Shown in pieces: positions 1 through 6,653 of a stretch of DNA of 8,036 nucleotides. Position numbers and translations under genes: made by a program. Below the pieces are notes generated by a model, which had not been told where the DNA came from, did not search any database, and saw only the letters and a program-made list of their open reading frames with translations. How positions within the stretch are numbered: the stretch's first letter is position 1; each line of letters starts with the position of its first letter. Source of the stretch: a virus (taxonomy: Duplodnaviria; Heunggongvirae; Uroviricota; Caudoviricetes); the IMG/VR virus record IMGVR_UViG_2703718851_000009. One strand, written 5' to 3'.

Positions 1-1164
1 TTACGCCTTCTTTATATCCTCCATAATTCCACAGTGGGACATATTTGGGACATTATCACCAAAAATGTCGTCTATTTTCCTTGCATGCTCTGTCAAATGA
101 TTAGGCGCAAGGTGAGCATACCTACGAACCATTTCTATGGACTCCCATCCGCCCATTTCCTGAAGCACAGATAATGGGACGCCTGACTGGATCAGCCAGC
201 TTGCCCAGGTGTGTCTGAGGTCATGGAAACGGAAATCTTCAATTCCTGCACGACGACAAGCTGATAGCCATGATGTCTTGCTGTCGATGCGCATCTTCCT
301 GACCGCAGGCGTTGATGTTCCATCTGCTCGCTTAGCCGCCTTGGTATGTACAAACACCCATTTGTGATGCTTGCCTATTTGATCACGCAACACTTTACAG
401 GCGGTATCGTTCAGCGCCACACCAATGGCGCGGTTTGATTTGCTCTCTTCTGGGTTCACCCAGGCAACTCGTCGCTGCATGTCGATTTGTTGCCATTCCA
501 GATTTATGATGTTCGACTTTCTCAGACCAGTTGCCAGCGCAAACTTGACGACAGATTTCAGTGGTTCGGGGCACTCATCAATAAGGCGTTTTGCTTCCTC
601 CTTTTCCAGCCATCTGACGCGCTTGTTTCTGACCGCTGGTATCTTGATGACAGGCGCTTTTTCCAGCCACTTCCAGTCGCGTTCTGCAGCACGGAGAATG
701 GCCTTTATCATGGCAAGATGCTTTGCCTTTGTCTGAGTTGATACTGGCTTTGGTTCATAAACAGGCGGTTCTTTACCTTTCCTGATGGCGGCCTGAACTT
801 TCTGTTTCCATATTTCTTTCGTCTTTCTGTTATGCATTCTGCTTACAGCAGAGTAAATCTTTGCCTCCGAGATATCTTTAAGCCTTATACCCTCAAAATG
901 TTCAAGCCAGAACTCAATCCGGCTTTTATCTGAATCGAGAGATTTTTTATCAGCTTTTTCTTCAAGCCATCTTAGGCAGGCCTCTTCAAAAGTGACATCA
1001 GGTAAATCCCCTAGCTTTTCTACTCGCCAGAGTTCTGCTTTTCGCTTGTCGTGCAACTCCTGAGCTTGCCGCTTGTCCTTTGTGCCAAGAGATTCCTTAA
1101 TTCGTTTCCCGCCCGGGAGCGAATACGAGGCATACCATATTTCATTTCTGCGGAAGAGTGACAT
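1..1164 (-). CDS. int: Phage tyrosine integrase (P22/lambda Int family), 387 aa
   Basis: Full-length ORF; the N-terminus [21 protein letters not shown] and C-terminal [39 protein letters not shown] (catalytic R..HxxR..Y region) match, from memory, the P22-type integrase family. GAGGAA Shine-Dalgarno lies 6 nt upstream of the ATG at 1164. The stop codon is at window positions 1-3, so attL must lie left of the window. Confidence 0.95.
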   Translation of the reverse strand: MSLFRRNEIWYASYSLPGGKRIKESLGTKDKRQAQELHDKRKAELWRVEKLGDLPDVTFEEACLRWLEEKADKKSLDSDKSRIEFWLEHFEGIRLKDISEAKIYSAVSRMHNRKTKEIWKQKVQAAIRKGKEPPVYEPKPVSTQTKAKHLAMIKAILRAAERDWKWLEKAPVIKIPAVRNKRVRWLEKEEAKRLIDECPEPLKSVVKFALATGLRKSNIINLEWQQIDMQRRVAWVNPEESKSNRAIGVALNDTACKVLRDQIGKHHKWVFVHTKAAKRADGTSTPAVRKMRIDSKTSWLSACRRAGIEDFRFHDLRHTWASWLIQSGVPLSVLQEMGGWESIEMVRRYAHLAPNHLTEHARKIDDIFGDNVPNMSHCGIMEDIKKA

Positions 1165-1391
1165 TTTCTTTCCTCTGTTATGCCATCACCCGCGCTCACC
1201 TGGACAGTATGCAGCGGAGACTGAAGCGCCGCAATGCAAGCTTGCCGTGTTGTGAGGTAAGGAGATTTTGGCTTGGTTGGATCTTTACGTGTTGCCTGTA
1301 GGCGGCCTGTTCGTATCCAGTTGGTGGCGGTTGGTCTGGATATCTTAAGAAAATGACAGGCCTCATCGAGTGTGAGGCTGTATGGCTCCAT
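1020..1391 (-). CDS. xis: Excisionase-like / AlpA-type helix-turn-helix DNA-binding protein, 123 aa
   Basis: Sits immediately upstream of int on the same strand. N-terminus [26 protein letters not shown] resembles excisionase/AlpA HTH motifs. AGAGGTGA Shine-Dalgarno lies 4 nt upstream of the ATG. The 3' end overlaps the int start by 145 nt in another frame, so the true C-terminus is uncertain. Confidence 0.7.
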   Translation of the reverse strand: MEPYSLTLDEACHFLKISRPTATNWIRTGRLQATRKDPTKPKSPYLTTRQACIAALQSPLHTVQVSAGDGITEERKCHSSAEMKYGMPRIRSRAGNELRNLLAQRTSGKLRSCTTSEKQNSGE

Positions 1392-1395
1392 TATT

Positions 1396-1734
1396 TCACC
1401 TCTTGCTGTGACATTTTGAAAGATGGATACCAGCTCGTTGCTGCCAGACGATCCAACCGAGAGTCATATCCCATGCCATGTATTCGTTATCGCCGTTTTT
1501 TGCTCTCCGACGATCTACTAAGTCACCGAAACGCTTTTCCATGAATAATTCATAGGCTGCGCGTTCATCTGGCTCAACTTCCAGAGATGCCAGTGCAATC
1601 CGTGCCAGTTCTAAATCATCTTCAAGCTCAGCGTGAATCTCAGCGAATGCACTCTGTGTTAAGGCGAACTCAATGCTCTGCACTTTATTCCGTGCGCGCT
1701 CAAGCAGTGCATGGTAGTTAATTTCGGTTGTCAT
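1396..1734 (-). CDS. Hypothetical phage early protein, 112 aa, acidic
   Basis: ORF in the leftward operon. Its ATG overlaps the stop of the upstream PAPS-reductase-like gene (ATGA overlap at 1731-1734), suggesting translational coupling. I recognise no domain. Confidence 0.6.
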   Translation of the reverse strand: MTTEINYHALLERARNKVQSIEFALTQSAFAEIHAELEDDLELARIALASLEVEPDERAAYELFMEKRFGDLVDRRRAKNGDNEYMAWDMTLGWIVWQQRAGIHLSKCHSKR

Positions 1735-2609
1735 ACCCCTACCTCTTCGAATTTCAATTCCAATTGATCACCCCAGATTTCACATGACTCTGAACACGAG
1801 CCGGTATCGAATCGTCTGGCCTGTACCATCGCCTGATACAAATTTCTGTAGTCGCTGTTGGCAGACATTCTGGCAATTCCGTCAAGCGTCAGGTGACCAC
1901 GGTACATAACGTCTTTACCTGTTCTGCGATGACCATCCCTGACGTGTTTGCTTGTAACCAGCTCATTAAAAACTCGCATCAGACCAGGTTCGTCTTTACA
2001 TGCAAGCCCCAGCTTTTGCGTTGACTTTTTGATGCAGAAAACACAGTTCCCGAGATGCTCCGGGATTTGCAAATCAAAAGGTTGTTTTCGCCACCATCGG
2101 ATAACATCCGACTTATCAAAATCTGATAGCTCGGCAAGATACCGGACGCCCGATTTCGGTTTCAGCCTACTGGGTTCGTCTGCACGAATACCCAGCCATG
2201 TGATGTAATTACCTCGCCCGAAATGGTTATCGCAGTATTTCGTGAAAGGGATGAGTTTTAGCCTGTCAGTACAGAACGCGCCGCCGATGTATGGCGTGCC
2301 GTACTTTTTAACCATGTCCATAAACGGTTTAAGCACCGGCATTCGCGTCTGAATATCCTTTGGCTCCCATTCTGTATAACCATTAGGCTGCCCAAGCTCA
2401 GGATTTATATCGACCTGCAACACAGTTAGTGGTATGTCCCAGAACTTCACAACCTCCCGAATAAAGCGGTATGTCAGCGGATGTTCGCAACCGGTATCCA
2501 TAAAGATGTAGCAGACGTTATTGCCAGCCTTTCTTTGTTCTTCCATCAGGTGAACAAGATATGCAGATGTTCTCCCGCCAGAAAAACTAACTACATGAGT
2601 TATGCACAT
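1731..2609 (-). CDS. PAPS-reductase-like PP-loop ATP pyrophosphatase family protein, 292 aa
   Basis: N-terminal VVSFSGGRTSAYL is a PP-loop (SGGxxS) motif typical of the PAPS reductase/CysH/DndC-like superfamily. GGAG lies 8 nt upstream of the ATG. The start overlaps the stop of the HD-domain gene by 10 nt. Confidence 0.85.
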   Translation of the reverse strand: MCITHVVSFSGGRTSAYLVHLMEEQRKAGNNVCYIFMDTGCEHPLTYRFIREVVKFWDIPLTVLQVDINPELGQPNGYTEWEPKDIQTRMPVLKPFMDMVKKYGTPYIGGAFCTDRLKLIPFTKYCDNHFGRGNYITWLGIRADEPSRLKPKSGVRYLAELSDFDKSDVIRWWRKQPFDLQIPEHLGNCVFCIKKSTQKLGLACKDEPGLMRVFNELVTSKHVRDGHRRTGKDVMYRGHLTLDGIARMSANSDYRNLYQAMVQARRFDTGSCSESCEIWGDQLELKFEEVGV

Positions 2610-3136
2610 TTGCGTAACTCCGATAACTCGTTAAAACGTTCCATAAACATCCCGTAGGCATGTCCTGGTGACAGTGGAATCACTTTGAACATCTCTGTTG
2701 CTGGGATACCTTCCAGCACAGGCCAGAAAGAGCCATCATCAAGTCCGAGATCGCGGCGTTCTGTTGCCAGCATGATGAGATCGGCATATTTCACTGGCGT
2801 GCTCATAACCGGAGGTAACCCGTATTTCTCACGGATTACGGCGTCTATTTTTTCTTCCATCCGTTTATAGTCAGGAAGAAGGCGTTTCAGTGGTGCGGGG
2901 ATGTCCTGGCAATACGCTTCTGTTGCATCATGCATTAACGCTTCAAAAGCAAACTCCTCCGGTACCAGCATGCTGCAAAGCACCGCATGTTGGGCGACGC
3001 TATAGAAGTGTGAAAGGTGTCCTGCAAAGCGGCAGATATTTGAAAGGGAAACCGCGATATCGTTAATAACGATGTCGTCTTTATTTATCTTGTCATAATA
3101 AAAATGCTTCCCGGAAAAAGTTTTAATAAATGACAT
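2600..3136 (-). CDS. HD-domain phosphohydrolase, YfdR-like (5'-deoxynucleotidase family), 178 aa from the ATG at 3136
   Basis: H..HD metal-binding signature (SVAQHAVLCS...ALMHDATEAY). The ORF track starts at a GTG at 3163, but the ATG at 3136 has a strong GGAGAA Shine-Dalgarno 4 nt upstream and gives 178 aa, the length I recall for E. coli CPS-53 YfdR. That identification is from memory of length and domain, not a search. Confidence 0.85.
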   Translation of the reverse strand: MSFIKTFSGKHFYYDKINKDDIVINDIAVSLSNICRFAGHLSHFYSVAQHAVLCSMLVPEEFAFEALMHDATEAYCQDIPAPLKRLLPDYKRMEEKIDAVIREKYGLPPVMSTPVKYADLIMLATERRDLGLDDGSFWPVLEGIPATEMFKVIPLSPGHAYGMFMERFNELSELRKCA

Positions 3137-3180
3137 TTTGTTCTCCACGTATATGCGCTGCACCGCGCTGAATTTTGGTT

Positions 3181-3251
3181 AAAGAAAACCCTCGCCATCA
3201 GGCGATTATTGAGTCAATTATGTTTCCATAAATGCCCCCGCAGGGGCATTT
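3181..3251 (-). terminator. Intercistronic hairpins between the YfdQ-like and HD genes; possible partial terminator or attenuator
   Basis: Perfect 9-bp stem AAATGCCCC/GGGGCATTT with 4-nt loop at 3230-3251. A second 5-bp stem TCGCC/GGCGA at 3192-3205 is followed on the minus-strand RNA by GGGUUUUCUUU. Confidence 0.35.
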
Positions 3252-3263
3252 GCAGTAATGAAA

Positions 3264-4088
3264 TCAGGCGTTGAAAGTACCAATAAAGGTTTCTACTTTG
3301 CTGTCCTTGAATTTCTCAACAAGCAGATCACGAAATTCGTTAGCCATTTCTTCCTGCACTGCTTCCAGCTGAATAATGCGCAGAACCAGTACAGGACGAT
3401 CGCCAGTGATAATGCTGAGGCGTAATTTAAATGGACGTTCTTTCAGGCCTTCAAACGGAACGCATTTAAATTCAAATGCCACTGGCATAATGTCTTTGGT
3501 CTTCGCTTCGACAGACTCCATCAGGGAGCGTTTGCCGCTGAAGTCATTATCTTCAAAATCAGCGGTCTGGTTTGCTTCAATCGTGATTTTACGGACTGCC
3601 GCAGCCGCTTTTGTTGCCTGAATAGCGTCACCATTAGCATCAAAGCCCACAAGGTAGTCGGCCCAGTCTTCAATCCATTCTGCCAGTGACTTCTGGGTGT
3701 TACGCTCGCCGTTAACAGACAGCAGAGCAGAGAACGGTGCTGTCTTTTTCAGTTTGAGAGTGGCGGTGTTATCTGCGTGACCTGGTTCATCAATAGTACC
3801 CAGGTTAAGCACACTGACGGCACGCATATTATCAGCATCGATAAAGCAGCGGGTGCCTTCATCTGCAAGATCTTTAGAATAACGGGTAAAGTCATTGATG
3901 CTGGCAGTGGAAAGCGCACCACGGAAACGGAAGCGATTTAAATTAAATTTTTCCAGATCATGAATGCGGAAATTCTCAGGCAATGCCACAGCATCGGCAC
4001 CAATCTTACTGATAATTTCATTAACACCCTGAGCAGAAATAAGGGCATGGATTTGATTAATTGCGGTTGCGTCTAAGTTCTGAGACAT
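3264..4088 (-). CDS. YfdQ-like prophage protein (DUF2303-type), 274 aa
   Basis: Full ORF with GAGGA Shine-Dalgarno 6 nt upstream of the ATG. Length and position next to the HD gene match the CPS-53 yfdQ-yfdR arrangement as I recall it. Family assignment is by context and length, not by search. Confidence 0.75.
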   Translation of the reverse strand: MSQNLDATAINQIHALISAQGVNEIISKIGADAVALPENFRIHDLEKFNLNRFRFRGALSTASINDFTRYSKDLADEGTRCFIDADNMRAVSVLNLGTIDEPGHADNTATLKLKKTAPFSALLSVNGERNTQKSLAEWIEDWADYLVGFDANGDAIQATKAAAAVRKITIEANQTADFEDNDFSGKRSLMESVEAKTKDIMPVAFEFKCVPFEGLKERPFKLRLSIITGDRPVLVLRIIQLEAVQEEMANEFRDLLVEKFKDSKVETFIGTFNA

Positions 4089-4153
4089 AATAAGTCCTCA
4101 CTATATAAAGATCTTCAGTGATGAGATAAATAATCAGTTTATTAAAAACGATA

Positions 4154-4516
4154 TTAATGACCTGCTGCGCGGAGTTTTCCGTCAGGTTCACCGGCAAGAG
4201 TCAGTAATTGTCCCTGGTCTTCCTGCAGAATAGTCAGGCGACCACCACGATTGACATACATCGGCGTTTCGGTGGTGTCTTCTTCGGAAATTTTCCCGCG
4301 GTTAGTTGGGCGAACATATGAGAGTTTGTGTTTGATTTTCACACGGTTCTCATCAAATGGTTCGATTTCCAGGTTGAGTGAGACCTTACCTTTGGTTTTC
4401 GTGTTCATCACACCGGAAGCGACTTCACTGAGAACTGCGCCGATTTTGGTTTCAAATACGCCGCCGTCCAGCTCCCCGATAAATGCCTGCACATCAGTAC
4501 TGCGTTCGCTAGCCAT
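4154..4516 (-). CDS. Small hypothetical prophage protein (YfdP-like), 120 aa
   Basis: The ORF track extends this to 4834 (226 aa), but the N-terminal 106 residues translate a GC-rich structured region and look non-protein-like. The ATG at 4516 has a GAGGAG Shine-Dalgarno 7 nt upstream and gives 120 aa. Confidence 0.65.
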   Translation of the reverse strand: MASERSTDVQAFIGELDGGVFETKIGAVLSEVASGVMNTKTKGKVSLNLEIEPFDENRVKIKHKLSYVRPTNRGKISEEDTTETPMYVNRGGRLTILQEDQGQLLTLAGEPDGKLRAAGH

Positions 4517-4565
4517 TTTGCTGCTCCTCATCATATCGACCCTGCAAGGCCGATTAGTTTCTCCA

Positions 4566-4652
4566 CAAAACAGAGAAGAACACCTGCGGTGGCAGCCGCC
4601 CGGATGGATTGGGTTATGAGCCCGTCGTCCGGTGATGCTCTTCTCTGTTTTG
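4566..4652. repeat. Long hairpin: 14-bp perfect inverted repeat CAAAACAGAGAAGA / TCTTCTCTGTTTTG flanking a 59-nt GC-rich interior
   Basis: Arms at 4566-4579 and 4639-4652 are exact reverse complements. The interior contains further short complementary segments such as CCGGA..TCCGG. Confidence 0.6.
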
Positions 4653-4925
4653 TAAAAAGGACGGTACCAGCCGGAAGCAAGGGTACAAACTGGTACCGCC
4701 AGGACTACACACAGCATAAAGTTGTGGTGCCGGGTGCCTCCCGGTGCCTGGCGAAGGTTGCACACCAGACGGGTGGGTATCCACAGAAGGTCGACTGTCA
4801 GCCTCAACCTTAACCCGCGTGCGCTGAGCCGCATTCACCACAACGCTAAGGATTCTCTCTGGTTGAAAATACTTAGCTGTTATGTGCCTGCTTTTAGCCA
4901 CATCAGGCGAGGTGGACCTGGTTAT

Positions 4926-4971
4926 TCCCCAACAACAAGGATTCGGTTAATCTGGATATCCCCAACAACAA
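4926..4971 (+). repeat. Two copies of the 13-bp direct repeat TCCCCAACAACAA, spaced 33 bp
   Basis: Exact copies at 4926-4938 and 4959-4971, immediately upstream of the plus-strand ORF start. Confidence 0.6.
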
Positions 4972-4985
4972 TAAGAGTATTCAAT

Positions 4986-5501
4986 GTGATCGCTGAATTA
5001 ACGGCAGCAATGACGGCTATTCGTGAAACAGCCCAGATTGCAAAACTAATGAACGAGGCAAAAACTCAAGCTGAAGTAAATGCGGCTATTGGTGAGCTGA
5101 ACTCAAAGCTTGCGTCTATTCAGCGCGAATGCGTGTCTCTCGTTGAACTGGTGGGCTCTTATCAAGAAATAAATGCTTCTCTCAAAGCTAAAATTGCAGA
5201 ATTCGAAAACTTTGAGGCTCAGACGGAAGGCTATATCCTTAACCAACTTGAGTCGGGTACTTTTGTATACTCGAAGGAGGTAATCGTGAACGGTGGCAGC
5301 ATAACCATGCATCTTTGCCCAAAATGTTTTGGACAAAAGATAGTATCGATACTTCAACCATTCCCGGTTAGCGAAGATGAGCTTTTTCATAAAAGCAGGT
5401 GCCTCCACTGTGAAAATAAGTTTCTGATGAATAAAAATCCGGATTACGTATCGCCTCCATCCATTGAGGAGTTGTCCAGAAAACTTAACGGCAATCTGTA
5501 G
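4986..5501 (+). CDS. Orphan hypothetical protein, about 163-171 aa: predicted helical N-terminal half and C-terminal four-Cys (CPKC...CLHC) zinc-ribbon-like motif
   Basis: Plus-strand ORF opposite to all flanking early-left genes, AT-rich relative to its flanks, with a protein-like translation. Start is ambiguous: in-frame GTG at 4986 or ATG at 5010, both with weak Shine-Dalgarno. The ORF-track start at 4722 is rejected because the upstream part translates the structured region. An intrinsic terminator follows. Confidence 0.6.
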   Translation: MIAELTAAMTAIRETAQIAKLMNEAKTQAEVNAAIGELNSKLASIQRECVSLVELVGSYQEINASLKAKIAEFENFEAQTEGYILNQLESGTFVYSKEVIVNGGSITMHLCPKCFGQKIVSILQPFPVSEDELFHKSRCLHCENKFLMNKNPDYVSPPSIEELSRKLNGNL

Positions 5502-5540
5502 ATTACTACTGTTGTGGATATCCAGATTGTTAAAGAGCTA

Positions 5541-5563
5541 AGCGTCCTGTAGGGCGCTTTTTT
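5541..5563 (+). terminator. Rho-independent terminator for the plus-strand orphan gene
   Basis: 7-bp stem AGCGTCC/GGGCGCT (one G-U pair) with loop TGTA, followed by TTTTTT, 40 nt after the TAG stop at 5499-5501. Confidence 0.6.
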
Positions 5564-5649
5564 GTTGCTAACGAATCATCCTGGACTTCATATGCCCCAG
5601 GCGGCTACTTCGCGGGCGTCCTGCCTGTTCGTTATCTTTGATATAAAAT

Positions 5650-5699
5650 CTAACTTAACTTAGTTATCATGGCAAGAGAAAACACCAAACTTTTCTTAG
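5650..5699. promoter_or_regulatory. Putative OL: two 14-bp operator-like sites, CTAACttaaCTTAG (5650-5663) and CAAACttttCTTAG (5686-5699)
   Basis: Same 5-N4-5 architecture and CTTAG half-site as the two sites between cI and cro. Located just downstream of the cI stop, where OL/pL is expected. A possible leftward promoter (-35 TTGCCA at 5675-5670, -10 TAGATT at 5652-5647 on the minus strand) is inference only. Confidence 0.45.
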
Positions 5700-5728
5700 T
5701 TCGGTGCCTTAGTTAGAGAAGAGAGGTC

Positions 5729-6355
5729 TTAGAGTTCGTATTGAACTCCTTTGACTACACCAATGATAAGGCAATTACCATTGATAGGGATGTTGGGATA
5801 CCGAGGATTTAATGGCACTAAAAACTTTTGAGGGCCATCGATGACTAATTTTTTTACTGTAGCTTCGTTTGTTCCATCAAGTCGAGCGATGACTATTTTT
5901 CCATGACGAGGTTCTGCATCTGGATCTACAATCACTGTTGCGCCTTCTGGTATTGTTGGGAGGCCATTAGGGTTAGTCATGGAGTCACCTTTAACCTCTA
6001 ATGCAAATGAGTTATCACCAACCTTTAATGATGTATCTACCCACTTGTCCACTTCACTAAACACTTCTGCTGCCCTGCACTCAGTAAACTGCCCAGCCTG
6101 AACCCACGATATTACAGGAACTCTGCGCATGTTTGTGACGAGTTTGCCTTCAAACTCAGCACCATAAAGAATGTAATCTATTGACGTATTGAAGAACTTC
6201 GCTAATTTCGAAAGTGCCTCCCCGCCAGGGGTATTGATGTCTTTCTCCCAGTACCCCACAGCAACGTCGCTTACTCCACAAAATTTACCCAATTCTTTCT
6301 GGGACGTTCTGGTAACTCTTCTCAGAGCTTTTATACGCTGACCAACCGTTTCCAT
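5729..6355 (-). CDS. cI: CI/C2-type prophage repressor: N-terminal XRE-family HTH plus C-terminal LexA-like S24 autopeptidase domain, 208 aa
   Basis: HTH region QKELGKFCGVSDVAVGYWE, Ala-Gly autocleavage site in ISWVQAGQF, Ser nucleophile in GDSM and Lys in TVKKLV. Strong resemblance to the P22 C2 repressor family (ISWVSAGQW, QGDSM, NPxYP, INGNC motifs) as recalled. Transcribed divergently from cro. Confidence 0.95.
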   Translation of the reverse strand: METVGQRIKALRRVTRTSQKELGKFCGVSDVAVGYWEKDINTPGGEALSKLAKFFNTSIDYILYGAEFEGKLVTNMRRVPVISWVQAGQFTECRAAEVFSEVDKWVDTSLKVGDNSFALEVKGDSMTNPNGLPTIPEGATVIVDPDAEPRHGKIVIARLDGTNEATVKKLVIDGPQKFLVPLNPRYPNIPINGNCLIIGVVKGVQYEL

Positions 6356-6377
6356 AGGAGCACCATTTCTTTAATTG

Positions 6378-6440
6378 CTAAGTAATCTTAGTTTTTATTG
6401 ACCAAAGATAGATTTGTAATTAGCATCTAACAAAACTTAG
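6378..6440. promoter_or_regulatory. Putative OR/PR: operator-like sites CTAAGtaatCTTAG (6378-6391, perfect palindrome) and CTAACaaaaCTTAG (6427-6440) bracketing a sigma70-like promoter towards cro
   Basis: -35 TTGACC at 6398-6403, 17-bp spacer, -10 TAGCAT at 6421-6426. The second operator overlaps the -10/start site. GGAGGG Shine-Dalgarno at 6444-6449 precedes the cro ATG. Confidence 0.55.
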
Positions 6441-6452
6441 TTTGGAGGGCGT

Positions 6453-6653
6453 ATGACAACTGACGATATCGAAAGCTACTTCGGCAGTATTGAGAAAGTT
6501 GCTGCTTTTTTCGGCATAACAACTGAAGCCGTTTATCAGTGGCGAAACCGTCCGGGCCAGTTAATTCCAAAAGGACGTGCAGCAGAAGCTGCATATAGAA
6601 CTTGCGGACGGTTGCCATTTAAACCTGAGCTTTATGAAAAATCTAATGGATAA
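6453..6653 (+). CDS. cro: Cro-like HTH regulator (YdaS/Cro family), 66 aa
   Basis: Small HTH protein (FGITTEAVYQWRNR) divergent from cI, with a C-terminal ...KPELY motif typical of YdaS-type Cro proteins. Good Shine-Dalgarno. Confidence 0.85.
   Translation: MTTDDIESYFGSIEKVAAFFGITTEAVYQWRNRPGQLIPKGRAAEAAYRTCGRLPFKPELYEKSNG

Noticed and set aside
425-741. Plus-strand ORFs of 103 and 84 aa inside the integrase gene
   Set aside because: They lie antisense to a confidently identified integrase and their translations are Ser/Arg/Phe-rich with no start context; shadow ORFs.
1073-1544. Plus-strand ORFs of 60 and 63 aa overlapping int/xis and the 112-aa gene
   Set aside because: Antisense to co-oriented coupled genes; no Shine-Dalgarno; low-complexity translation.
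1948-3621. Plus-strand ORFs 1948-2208, 2685-2870 and 3376-3621
   Set aside because: Each is embedded antisense in a domain-bearing minus-strand gene (PAPS-reductase-like, HD, YfdQ-like); Ser/Arg-rich shadow ORFs.
4154-4834. 226-aa version of the YfdP-like ORF extending to 4834
   Set aside because: The extra N-terminal 106 residues translate the GC-rich structured region (Pro/Gly/Arg/Cys-rich). An internal ATG at 4516 with a GAGGAG Shine-Dalgarno gives a 120-aa protein.
4589-4901. ORFs 4589-4813 (+), 4614-4901 (-) and 4251-4619 (+) as a possible N-like antiterminator or small protein
   Set aside because: No arginine-rich motif, rare codons (agg, aga, ata), and the region is dominated by inverted repeats; more consistent with structured noncoding sequence. 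Kept as a finding for RNA, not as a CDS.
4722-4985. Upstream extension of the plus-strand orphan ORF to the ATG at 4722 (259 aa)
   Set aside because: The extension translates the structured GC-rich region and the direct repeats; the protein-like part begins near 4986-5010.
5103-5408. Minus-strand 101-aa ORF
   Set aside because: Antisense to the plus-strand orphan gene, which has the more protein-like translation and a downstream terminator; Phe/Leu/Lys/Tyr-rich composition is typical of an antisense frame of an AT-rich gene.
6427-6618. Minus-strand 63-aa ORF
   Set aside because: Antisense to cro and overlapping the operator/promoter region.
6577-6645. Start of the CII/YdaT-like gene at 6577
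   Set aside because: Would overlap cro by 77 nt in another frame; the ATG at 6646 at the cro stop is more parsimonious, though the start remains uncertain.
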